The notes under the pieces were generated by a model, which was not told the origin of the DNA, searched no databases, and was given only the letters and a program-made list of their open reading frames with translations. A DNA stretch of 63,914 bases, filler included, from Folioceros fuciformis (lineage: Eukaryota), in NCBI GenBank assembly GCA_049999805.1. It is 5 parts of 5 records of this genome, joined end to end, with 100 filler letters (N's around TTAATTAATTAA, not from the genome) between each part and the next. Parts side by side here need not be neighbours in the genome. Positions count along the whole stretch, not along the records: positions 35,047 to 54,135 come from JBNGIO010003140.1; 4 more parts are not named here. One strand, given 5' to 3'. Of this stretch, positions 38,455-50,300 are shown in pieces. Positions within the stretch are counted from its first letter, which is position 1. Each line of letters begins with the position of its first letter. Both the position numbers and the translations under genes were made by a program.

Positions 38455-40296
38455 ATGCGTGTGATCGTGCCACTGCAAGGCGTGCTCCAGGGCCGCCTGG
38501 GCATCGTGTTCGGCTCCATCATCCCCTGCGCGCTCTTTTACTTCATGCAGCTGCGGCTGCGGCGATCCCGCCAGTCACACGTCCAGGCAGCGGAGTCGGA
38601 GCAGACGCCGGATCACGAGCAGGCATCGCGCGACGCTGGCCCGGGCTCCGACGCACACTTGCATGCGGCCGTGGCTGTGGCTGCGCGGGCTTTGGCAGTG
38701 CTTGAGCCCGATATCGAAGTGGCGGCCTACTACCAGGGCTGGGAGGAGTCCAACCGCAACGCCTTCCACCCGCAGCGCAACCCCGCTGGCTGCATCCAGC
38801 TTGGCTTGTCGGAGAACACGGTGAGCAGGGCCGGCGTTGGGAAGCGCGCCTGGCTAGACGCTAGGGTTTGCGTGCCTGCGTTCGTGCGGTGCTTGCGAAG
38901 GCGGAAGAGACAGTGGTGCGATTTTGATGTTGGATGGTGTGTTTTTGTGTGTGTGATGGCAGTTGTCGCTAAGTCTACTGGATCAGTGGTTCGCTTCCCA
39001 TGGGACTGCGCCTGCGGAGGAGATTCTGAGTATTCTCGGCTTCACGGCCATCGCCGGCTACCCCGATGTGTACCACGGACTTCCGATCTTCCGATCGGTA
39101 AGCTGCATTACGAGTAAGGGTCAAAGCTCGGTTGACCCGCATTCCTAGGCGGCTGACCGCCTGCGGGCGATGCTCTCTCGCAGGCTCTGGCCAGCTTCAT
39201 GGAGGAGGCCTTTGGCGGAAATTTGCATTTCGACGCGGACAAGATGGTTGTCACCACCGGGGCAACTGCGGCCATTGAGATGTTGGCTTTCTGTTTGGCG
39301 GAGGCTGGGAATGCGGTCCTTGTTCCTGCTCCAGTGTACAGTGGGTGCGCGTCAGTAGTTTCTTGGCTAGAAAAGCTGTCTACAAGGTTTAGCTCGTGTG
39401 TGTTGTCAACTTCTCTGTGCTTACTTCCTGTCGCCCTTTTCAGGTTTGAGAGGGATGTCAAATGGCGAAGTCAGGTGGAACTCATTCCAGTCCAGACAAG
39501 TAGCAAGAACAATTTTTTGCTGACGAAAGGTTCGCTGGAGAAGGCTTACGAAGAGGCCAAGAAACAGGGGAGGACTGTGAGGGCTTTGCTGCTGACGTCG
39601 CCTTGCAACCCTGTCGGCACAGTGTATGATGAGGAGTACCTTCTGCGGCTGCTGGATTTTGTGAGGGAGAAAGATATTCATCTTATCTCCGATGAAATCT
39701 ACGCCGGCTGCGTACACGGGAGTGCGAAGTTTGTCAGCTTTGCGAAGCTTGTGTCGCAACGTCCACAGTGTGCAAGCAGGGTTCACCTAATTTATGGGCT
39801 GTCGAAGGTTCTTGGCATCCCCGGTTTCCGGGTGGGACTCATTTATTCGTGGAATCAACAGGTTCTTGATGCTGCAGGCAGGTTGACTCGGTTCAGTTCG
39901 GTTTCCACTGAGACACAACAGGTTCTTCATTCTGTCCTTTTGGACAAGGAGTTTGTGAAATCTTACATCCCAGAGAATCAGAGGAGGCTGAGGGAACGTT
40001 GGAGGGTGGTGCGTCACGGACTGCAGCAAGCTGGCATCGAATTTGTAGAATGTGATGCCGGTTTCTTTTGCTGGATAAGGCCCTTGCCGAGGATCAAGAA
40101 CAGAGACGGCGAGCTGAGTCTGTTCAGGGAGTTGCTCTATGATGTGGGCCTGAACGTCACGCCAGGGAGTGCCTGCAGGTGCAAGGAACCCGGCTGGTTC
40201 AGACTATGTTTTGCTATGGTAGATGATCAAACAATGCATGTCGCTTTGCATCGGTTACGAAAGTTTGTCATTGATCATCGTGCGCATAACGGTTGA
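38455..40296 (+). CDS. ACS10/ACS12: ACC-synthase-like PLP aminotransferase (ACS10/ACS12-like clade)
   Basis: Exons 38455-38820, 38963-39097, 39184-39344 and 39444-40296. N-terminal MRVIVPLQGVLQGRLG..SIIPCALFYF is characteristic of ACS10/12. Also IQLGLSEN, SPCNPVG, ISDEIY, PLP-Lys motif GLSKVLGIPGFRVG and EPGWFRLCFA. Confidence 0.94.
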
Positions 40297-40464
40297 GAGA
40301 ACTTGAAGACTGTGCCGTGGTATCCTGAGAGCCATGTGCGATGTACACTATTCACCATTCTTTTTACTGAGACGAATTCATTTTGAACACAGATGGGATA
40401 CAATTCGTATCTCTTCCGCGTAAATTTTGGGAAGGAAAGAAAATATACAGTAATACACGACAAT

Positions 40465-42674
40465 TTAACTTTGTCCGCGGCCTCCCAGGAATTCGCCAGC
40501 TGTTCCACCTTCACGAATCCACCCCTCATTAACGCGGATGCATTTGATACTCTGTCGCATGTAAGTATAGCTGACATGGATAAAATCATCAGCCGACTGC
40601 ACGACAGAGGGATGGCTATATTCCCCGTCGGGAGGAAGCTGCAAGTAACAAAATCATCCAAATGAGTCCAAACGGTGCAAATTCGGCGTCAGCAACAACC
40701 TCGTGTCACCGTTTACTCACCTCCGCAGGGTCGCCAGGTTCAATATCTCTCACGACTCTCCAGCTGACGCCCTCATCTTCGCTCAGAGCAATCGAGAGCG
40801 GATAACGTCTAGCTCCACTCCGGTTGTTGAAAACGAGCACCAGCGATCCACTTCTCAGCATCAACGCCTGTCACATTCAGAACTGCTGATAATGCTCCTA
40901 TAATGCGCACCAAGCCTACCTCCACAGCAAAAAAATTCAACAGAACAGGCTTTAAAGGGAGACCTGCAACCCGCTGTTGTTGCTGGGTAGAGCTGTTTTC
41001 CGGGCTGGCGACCATGTACGCCCCTGCCATTGCAAGGGGTTTTTGGAACCTTACTTTCTACAGAAGAAAAACCAGCAGAAAATGCAACACGGGAAGACAA
41101 ACCTCATCTGTTGAGACACTTGTGAATACCCAATCTGCATGTCTGTTTCTGAAAAAGGCGATCAAGCCTCTCTTTCCCAAAACCACACTTGGCTGCACAA
41201 GCCATTGTCCTGCCATCACAGAAATCATCGATCATGACAAGGGCTCAAGCTCATAACATGTGGAGATCTCACAGATTCATGCATGTGACCTCACCTTTAT
41301 ATGTCATGCCATATTCTCTCCATGTCTTTCCACGATCCTTGGAGAGCTTAGTGGCAGAATAATGAGTCTCAAAATGGCCATAACCGTCTACAGCATACAT
41401 GGCCAACATTGAAATTACAGAGCCAAATGGGATAACCTGAATAATAATGATAAGAACTGAGGACTTCCAAATCGCCTTACCACCTTACCAGGTGTGTAGT
41501 ACATGGGCATCAACCAGTGCTTGGATGGCAGGACCACTAACTGATTCCTAACATATGCACCCTACAGTCAGACCTTGCTTGTGTCAGTTAGTCAGTCCAC
41601 TCAGCACCCCAACGTGAACCATCTATCCAACATCAAGCTACCTTTTGTTTGAATACGGTTCTTGGACTCTTCCACGTGAATCCTCCATCACCAGACCTCA
41701 ATTCCAATACATGAGAGGTTGCCTGTCCGCGAAATGCTACCTGCATCCCAGCGTGGTTGTGATCAGCATCCTCGGGATTGTACTCGACTGAGCTAACATC
41801 CGTCTCGCGACCTCAAGAAAAGGAGTAGGTTAAGACCTGAGACGTATGGTACAGAAAGAGCACACCATCCTCAGCGTCATAAAACAGAACTGGATTCTGA
41901 GCAGCCTGTCCCTCGGTTACGGAGACAACCATCGGATCAGTCCATTCGGTCGACTCCGGAGACAGGCGGGCCAGTACCTGCAAAACCCCATGCTTCACCA
42001 TCAATAAGCGAACGCAGGCACCCGTATCCAAAGCTACTTGCAAACACTAAAGAAACTTGCAAACCTTAGCTACTCACAATGGCCACATTATTTCCCCCCT
42101 CCTCACCACTGAACCACGTACAGAGCAGGTCCCCTGATGGGAGAAAGAGGAGATTAGAGGCGTGCGCATGAGTAGAATCCCGGCCTGGGGGTTGCTTCAT
42201 CAGGGCTGCCCAGGGCCCCCCTCGACCGTAGGAGTAGACGCGTCCATCCATCTGGTCCCCACAAGCATCACCTATCCACACATGAACATCAACTCCAGCT
42301 GGAAACATGGAGTCACAAAACCTCTTCACACCCTGCACCAAACCCCGCATCATTACCCGACAACCGTGCCGTTCCTCTCTGTTGTCGGCACAGCCTGCCA
42401 CGCTCGCCAGAAGGTCGAAACCGATGCTCTCCCCCCCGTCGGATTGCGTGTCTGCGACCTCATCTCCATCCACAACCAGCCCTCGGTCCAATCCTTCAAA
42501 CTCTAGGTGAGACCCGGATCCGCTCCCAATGTACCGCTCCGACAAGGAGAAGCTGGACGAGAACACGGTCATGAAGAGGAAAAGCGCCAACACAATCACT
42601 AGCAACAGTGATCCCATCTTGAGGCCAATCTTCTGCCTGGAGACGCCGCTGTGGCTGTCCACCGGTTTCCCCAT
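40465..42674 (-). CDS. Type-II-membrane BNR/Asp-box (sialidase-fold, GH33/BNR_2-like) protein, multi-exon
   Basis: The spliced ORF has an N-terminal TM helix, then HAHASNL..TWFSG.EG and QNPVLF. Four Asp-boxes: SGDGGFTW, SKDRGKTW, STDE/GRTW, SEDEGVSW. Also LVQPSVV, LPSNNSG, RYPLSIALS and EYSHPSVVQ..IHVSYTYMRQSIK. Stop TAA at 40465-40467. Confidence 0.9.
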
Positions 42675-43039
42675 GACAGCCAGCTCCTCTCCTCCTACGA
42701 TTGCAATATAGCTGAAGACAAATCATGGACACCCCCGGTTCCAAGCACAGACACACGCGCACCGATCTCAACCAGCCCGAGCTCTTGGTCTCTCAGCAGC
42801 GCATTTCACTGCCGCTGCTGTTGGCGCCTCACGCGCCAATCCATATCCACACCACCATCTTGCCACAACTCATGCGCGTCACCCAACTGCCCTCTGAGGC
42901 CGGCGCTGTGGACTCTTGACATTTTCTCTATTTGGACACCAGGGCCTTTCACCACGTGGATCCTTCGTTCCCGAAACAAGGGATGTACATCCTGCTGGTA
43001 AAAGGCATTTCTTCGACTAGGTAGCTCCGACGCCAGTTA

Positions 43040-46000
43040 CGACCACATCGCCCTCTCCAAATCCCCGTGACTTTTGCAGGCATTCAACGAAGACCTCAGG
43101 CCCACGACATTCCTCTGACCCTCCATTGACAACACCAACTTCTCAGCCTCATCCAAACGACCCGCACGCCCAACAAGGTAAGGTCAACCATGCAATTGAA
43201 GTGCTCAATAGAATAGTAGGTATGATGCCATACAGGTCAGACATGGAAGCAAATTGCTCGCGACCCTCGTAAACTAGACCACCGAGACTGCAAGCTACTA
43301 CAAGGCAAGAAAAAGTAGCCCCATCGGGCTGAACACCGGCAACTAACATGTAGTCAAAACAACTTAACGCTCTACGCCAATCATCACATATACCATACCC
43401 AGATATCATGGCATTCCATGACACCACAGTCTTGGTGTTCATGCTGTCAAAAACCTGGCGTGCGTCTTCCAATTCACCACATTTCGCATACATGTCCACC
43501 AGGCAGTTGCCCAACACTACCATGTCCAGCAGTCCTTTTCCCACGATCTGCGAGTGCAGCTGCCTCCTGCCCTTTTGCAACGCACCAGTGCTTCCACAGG
43601 GCCTTCAGAAGGCAACAAAAAAGTCACATGGTCACCCAAAATAAGGCCTTCTTGCTCCATTCGGCCGTACTGAATAAGCGCCTCATGTCCGAGCCCTTGC
43701 CGAGCATACCCGGCAATCAGGGCATTCCATGTCACCACATCCTTCATGGCCAAGCTGTCAAACACCTGCTGTGCGTCTTCCACTTCACCACATTTTGCAT
43801 ACATGTCCACCAGGCAGTTGCCCAACACCACATTTTCCAGTAGACCACTTTTGACAAGCTCTGAGGGCAGCTGCCTGCCCATCTCTATGGCGCAACAGGC
43901 ATCGAGAAGGCAAGCAAAAGTAACATCATTAGCTATGACGAGGCCCTCCTGCCCCACTTGTCCATACAAAAACAAGCCCCTCAATTCCCAGACCTTGCTG
44001 TGCATACCCAGCAATCAGCGCCGTCTATGTCACCACATCCTTAGCGGCCACTCTGTCAAAAAACACGGCGTGCATGTTCCACTTCACCACATTTTTGTAT
44101 ACATGTCCACCAGGCAGTGGCCCAGCACTACGTTATCCAGCAGTCCTCTTTCGACTATCAGTGAGTGCAGCTGCCTGCCCTTCTGTAAGGCACCACTGCT
44201 TCCACAGGCTTTCAGAAGGCAGGCAAAAGTCACATCGTCAGCCAAAGTGACGCCCTCTTGTTCCATGTGTCCATACACACCAAGTGCCTCTTGGCCAAGA
44301 CCTTGCTGTGCATACCCAGCTATCAGGGCATTCCATATCACCACATCCTTTGTGGCCAAGCTGTCCAAAAAACATTGCGTGCATCTTTCACGTCACCACA
44401 TTTTGCATACATGCCCACCAGGCAGTTGGCCACCACGACGTTCTCCAACAGTCCCCTTGCAACAATCAGTGAGTGCAGCTGCCTGCCCTTGTGCAAGTCC
44501 CCACTGTTTGCACAGCTCTCCCCGCAGGCAAGTAAAAGTGACATGGTCAGCCGAACTGATGCCCTCCTGCTCCATTACTACTCCATAAGACAGCAAACGC
44601 CTCATGTCCGAGCCCTTGGTCAGCATACCCAGCAATTACGGCATTCCATGTCACCACATCCTCTGTGGCCAAGCTGTCAAAACCCTGTCGTGTATTATCG
44701 AGTTCACCACATTTTGCATACATGTCCACCCAGCACTACTCTATCCCAGCAGCCCTCTTTCAACGATCAGCGAGTGCAACTGCCTGCCCTTCCGTAAGGC
44801 ACCCGTGGTCACAAGGCAAGCGAATGTAACATGGTTACCCAAAGTCAGCTCATCCTGCTCCAACTGCCCATACAGAGCAAGAGCATAATGTCCTAGCCCT
44901 TGCTCCGCATATCCAGATATCAGGGCATTCCATGTCACCACACTCTTTGTGTTCATGCTGTCAAAGCGTTGGTGTGCATCTTTCATTTCACCACATTTTG
45001 CATGCCCAGATATCATGGTATTCCATGTCACTACATCCTCTGTGGCCATACTGTCAAAAACCTGGCGTGCATCCTTCAGTTCGCCACATTTCGCATACAT
45101 GTCCACCAGGCAGTCACCTACGAACAGGGGTAGTGGGAATGCCACTGGAAAATCTCACAATGCACTTTCCTGCCAGATTCCAAGTCGGTAGCAAATCCAC
45201 ACGCTTGAAGGACAGCTACAAAGACGTGACCATTTGGCCTGACTCCTGAACGTCACATCTCGTGGTACGGTTGCATAGCCTCCTTAGCTTTGCCGTGCTT
45301 GGTGTGTGCGAAGATTGTGGAATGCCACATGAAGGCATCTAGTTTGCCCACCCTGGTGAACACGTCCATTGCCTCCTCCAGTCGACCTAGACATGCATAC
45401 ATGCGTAAGATAACGTTCCCCAATCATGCATTCCGCTCATACCCGAGTTTGAGAGTGAGGTGATGTACTCGTCGACCCACAACTAAATCCTTGTTGGCTG
45501 CGCACAGGTTCAGCACAGTGTGAAACAGCGACAGAGAAATTGCAGAATCTGATTGCGCCAGAGATTCCAGGGTTTGAACGTCCTCAGCAAGCTTTCCCTG
45601 CTGACATACCATGCGGACGGTTGAAGCCATTTCGCATCGTGCACGCCTGCCAGGTTCATGCTTATCTGGACAGGTAAACTTGGAAGGAGAGGCACCATAA
45701 CCCATGTGCACATCCCAGGAAACGAGCTGCTCATCAACCAAAGCTGGCTTGAACAGGTTGTTCAACCACAGAACCTCACCACAGCCCTTACGTCGGAAGT
45801 CAGGCGAACGGGAGCTCTTCTTACCCCGTCTGTTATCTTGCCAGATGGTAGGTGTTGCCACAAGTTTTTCTGCTCCTGGCGACGACCATCGCTGGGTATG
45901 TCATTCACCCCCACGCTTCGTATCGGAAGTGGAAGTGATGGGCCTCGTGTAGCGCTACGCATGAATGCCATTCGCGATTCTGCACCCCTGACAGATTCAG

Positions 46001-46138
46001 GCTAAATCCCATGTGCTCGGATCGGAAGGAGAGGGACCACGGCCCACGTGCATATCCAACGACACTAGCTGCATGCTGTTTAACCGCAGGCAATGCCCTG
46101 GTAGCTGCGAAAGAGAAGTTGGCTTGCTGACTGGCCAA
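43040..46138 (-). pseudogene. PDF-motif + PLS-PPR pseudogene (copy 3) with E-domain start and no DYW
   Basis: Transit-peptide-like N-terminus and PDF motif WQDNRRGKKSSRSPDFRRKGCGEVLWL (45725-45863). Long frameshifted P-L-S array 45500-43200, ending LVGRAGRLDEAEK..NACKSHGDLERA. Confidence 0.88.
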
Positions 46139-47308
46139 GTTGTCTCACTTCTGCAGCCAGCCAGCGAGGGATGAGAATCTGCATCTCGGAGGCAACGCCT
46201 TACAGATTACTATTCAGCAAGCCGAAACGAGTCGCACAGCCTGGCATTATAATGAAACCATCTCTGTCTACCAACACCGACCCACGCCCCGTTCACAATT
46301 CCACTTGACATCCCATTCTGAAGAATCCCGACAAGAACAACTTACTTGAAATCAACCTGTGCGCTAGGCAACTCGAGATTCATCGACGAGAATTTGCTTG
46401 AAATCTGCTTTTGGAGTTCTTGCCATTTCCCACGGTAACTGCACAAACCGAAACAGACCCCAACACAGCACACAGCAGGTCGGTCTACTATTTCTTGAAT
46501 CTGAACCGACCCAGAGATGTCAGATATGTCACTACAAGCAGCTCACGGTACAATGCAACACCGTGTTCCACATGCGGTCGGTCTGGAACTTGCCTTGCAC
46601 ACACGTTTCGTCCGTGACCGCGAACTTTCATAGCTGATGCTGCTGATGGGAATAACAATGTTATGTTCCTACTGTTTTGTGAAGAGAACCGCTGGGGCTT
46701 TACTCAAAAAGGACGAGAGACAAGGCTGTGCTCCAAACCAGGATACAGGACGCCGAGAACACCGAACCCAAAACACTGGACAAGGCCCCGTTCATGTGCT
46801 ACCAACCGTAATCCAGTTATCACAAGCCGTGAGCTACAGCTCCGTTCTGTCTGGTGTCACTGTGACACGAAGGCAGGGGCTCCAGACGCGATTTCAGAGA
46901 GGCACATCCTGCCCCAGCTTTTGGCTGGTCGGGAAGGGAAGATGGGGCATACATCCTCACGCTGGTGTACAGAACATTGTAAAAACCAGCAGACCCCAAA
47001 CTTGAACTTGACTCTTGAAACCAAGAGCTCCCAGCTGTGTACAAACACAGCACCTTCTTCCCTCCCTACACATAACATCCATGACCCATCATCTGTTCGT
47101 CCACACAAGGACCCTGTGAGAGGTCTCCCTTGCCAAACAGGAACTGTGTAATGCATAGAAAGGGAGAAGTGAGAAGATCCTATTGGAAGCAGTTCGATAC
47201 ACCAACAAACAGACAGTATGTAGCTAGCGACGATACCTGACACTTGATTGAAGGCACTACATGCCCTGGCCACACGCTACTCACGCAAGCCAGAAGACCA
47301 TGGAGTGG

Positions 47309-50300
47309 CTAAGACCAGTATAGCTTTTTCCTAAGTGTGGTGCGCACCTCGAGACACTGAAATATCTTCGTATATCCTGCTTCGGTTTCACGCCGGCCCT
47401 CCATATCCGTGACCTTGCCAATCACGCGTGTTAGAATGCTCAACACATCTCCTGTTTGACAGCTCCGATTGATGGCTTCCATCAACGCTATGATAAGTGT
47501 GAGCCTTCCTCGACATTTCTCAAAGATTCAACTCCAGGACTGGTGGAGAAGACGGTAAGACAGTCGGTCACAGAATACAGGAGTCGACTTCTCTCGCTGA
47601 CAACCTGACTTCCCTCAACGTCTAACCCCTTGTCCTTGCTGCTAGAGGCAAGGTTGCCGGTGCCTGACCCCTCCGCATGCTTCTTTGCAACAAGGTTGCC
47701 AGTGCCTCGACAGGCATTTATGATAACCACCTTAGGCTTGTTTGCCAGATACTCGCATTCAGCGATGGGCTTCAAAATATCATCCTCAACGTACAGCTTG
47801 TCGGCCTCCTGTTCTGCACCTATGCAAACGTATTGTCTTCCATCGTCGTTTTCGGTCCCACCATGTGCGTTGATGCAAAACAGAAAGCCATCGTCTTCTG
47901 CTAGGGCAGGGACCTTGAGAATTTGCCTCAACGTTCTCTTCACTTCCTCCTTAGGGCCCTTCACCACAATTTCTAAATCAAACTTCAAGTTGTCGAGAAC
48001 AGCTTGAAGTCGCCCTCTGTCTACCGCTCCTCCAGGCCTGTCTTCTTCCATGCTCACAATCATGGCCAGACCTCTTCGTTCACCTGCTTTCACCCTTTCA
48101 TTAGGGTATGCTGGTTCCTCCTGCGCTGACTCGCCTTGAGGAGGTACCTCTGAGTGGCCTTTGGCAGCTGAAGAGTGACTCGATGCATGAAGGGATAGAC
48201 GTGTCCGCCGTTCCTGCAAAACATTGTGAAGCTCATCGCTGCTCAAGAGGTCCCTGGCTTTCTCAGGAGCAGGGGGTAGACCAGCTTCAGGCATTGGTGG
48301 CCAGGACCATCGATACTCGCACGAATCCGAGACGGAGGAAAAGTGCCCTGGACTGCTTTTCTCATTTTCGAGAAGGCACTCCATTAACCTCTGCGTGAGA
48401 ACTGATTGATTACGTCGGTAAACACATGGTGTGAGGTTCTCCACGCACACAGTCCGGATGATCCCTTCTACGAGTTCAACTCCAGGACTACCTTCAGGAG
48501 AAGCACAAAAATCTCTTATTTTTGCGGCAATACGCATCTGGAGAAACTCGATGGTTTCGTCTCTGCTCTTGAGTGACCTCATCAAAATGTCGACACGGTC
48601 ACCGATGTCCCCGGTCTCCTCCCCAGTATCTCCGCTGCTTTCCAAAAATACATCCATGCCATCCCAGCTAAAGGTGATCAAGTTGCGTGCGATGGTATAC
48701 TGATGAGACTGCATACCGCAGAGTCCATCAAACAAGACCTGTCGTAAGATGACCTGCGATGCACAACCATTGGCGATGTCATGAAACCCGAGTGAGGATA
48801 AATGAGTAAGAATAAAGAGCTCACAAGCGTAAGCAAACATACTTGGAATCTCGGAAAGAAGCCTGGGCCGAGAAACGTTTTCCTTTCATCTCGGCATTGT
48901 AGCCTCCTCCCTACGTAATTGTGATTGCCCGCCGTACCACCATTCCACTCCAACTGTCGTTTTCCGCTTAGAGCTTTCCCATTATCGTCATCCAAGGTGA
49001 AGGGGACGAAGAATCCAGGACCTCGATCGTCTTTGACAGCTCTGTAACATAGGTTTACTGTCTCCATCAATGATACCAGGTCTTCAACACCAATTCCGTC
49101 CGCTTGCGCGCGTAGAAGGATCGGTCCCAAGGCTGAACGGAGGAGCCTTTGAGCGACAAATCCATCTGAGAAACGTCCCAAGACACTCGTGGCCGGTCGA
49201 GTTAGAGGCTGAATGAGACGCCCCAAAAAGGAATGACTGATCCATTGTGGATTTACCACCACAGCATCTAGACCTTGGAAACAGATGACCCTACCTACGT
49301 CGTGCAGGTAGGCAAGCATTGCTTGAAGGCGTCTCCCATCATCATCTTGTTGAACGTTAACTTGCCCATCCCCTACCCAGTCTAGAAACAAGTTTCTGAA
49401 CTGCTCTTTCGTCACAATAGGCTGAGCTGGATTTCGAGATAGCCACGCAGTCAAAACAGCACTGAATCGATTGCATATCTCCGGAACCCTGAACAGTCCC
49501 ATCTTAAATAAATCTCGGAACGATTGGAACAGTTAATCCAGCAAGGGCTCTACAGTCTCTGTAGATCGGGCATCCATGATGAAAGGAGGCTCGGTGGTAC
49601 TAACAAGAAGTACCTGCTGAAAATCGGAGGCCAACTGTGTGACGACTGGTTGAAGCAGATCGAGTACTATTTCAGCCTCCTGAGCTTGCATCTGATCCTT
49701 GTGGGTGACAACCACAAGTATCCGAGGCAAACCAGAGCCCACATTGCGACAATTAGAGTTGATGAATCTAAGCCAAAACTTGAAGCTGTTTCTGCACTTG
49801 GCCTGCAACATTTCACTGGACGGGAGGAGTTGCCCACCCTGCAGGGCATCAAATGGATTGAATGCAAACACGAAGACACATGCTTGGTTCAAGGTCGGGA
49901 ACAAGTAGTCTTGCAGGGCTCGGTAGTGAGCTTGACCAGCCAGATCCCAGATGGTAATTTCCATGTCATGGTCGTTGGGCAACGCCTCGATTTCAATACC
50001 TTCCGTTCTGAGCGTACCCGTGTCGTTGCGCAACACCTCGGATTCCAAGCCTTCCGTTTCAGATATGGTCCCCGTGTCGTTGCGCAACACCTCAGATTCC
50101 ATGCCTTCCGTTTCAGATGTGGTGCCGGTGCATAAGGAACATACCCATCGCCAAACAGGAGACATCGCCGAACAGATCCCTAAACCCTGTCCAAGTTCGA
50201 CCCAAGGAAAGGGTCGAACTTGGACAGAAGGGTCTGTTCCTTCCCTTGCCCATGCGCGAATCATGGTGGTGCGGAGAGTGGTCTTGCCTGCCAAAGGCGC

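Noticed and set aside
39345-39443. Apparent protein insertions in the ACS-like ORF (and FtsZ 27747-27902)
   Set aside because: These are stop-free, in-frame GT-AG introns; removing them restores the conserved sequence.
43746-44797. Long plus-strand ORFs antisense to the PPR arrays (also 16218-16895 and 22025-22771)
   Set aside because: They are shadow ORFs of the repetitive PPR coding strand.
46400-47273. Small ORFs between PPR copy 3 and the caspase stop
   Set aside because: No recognisable domain or consistent splice model was found.
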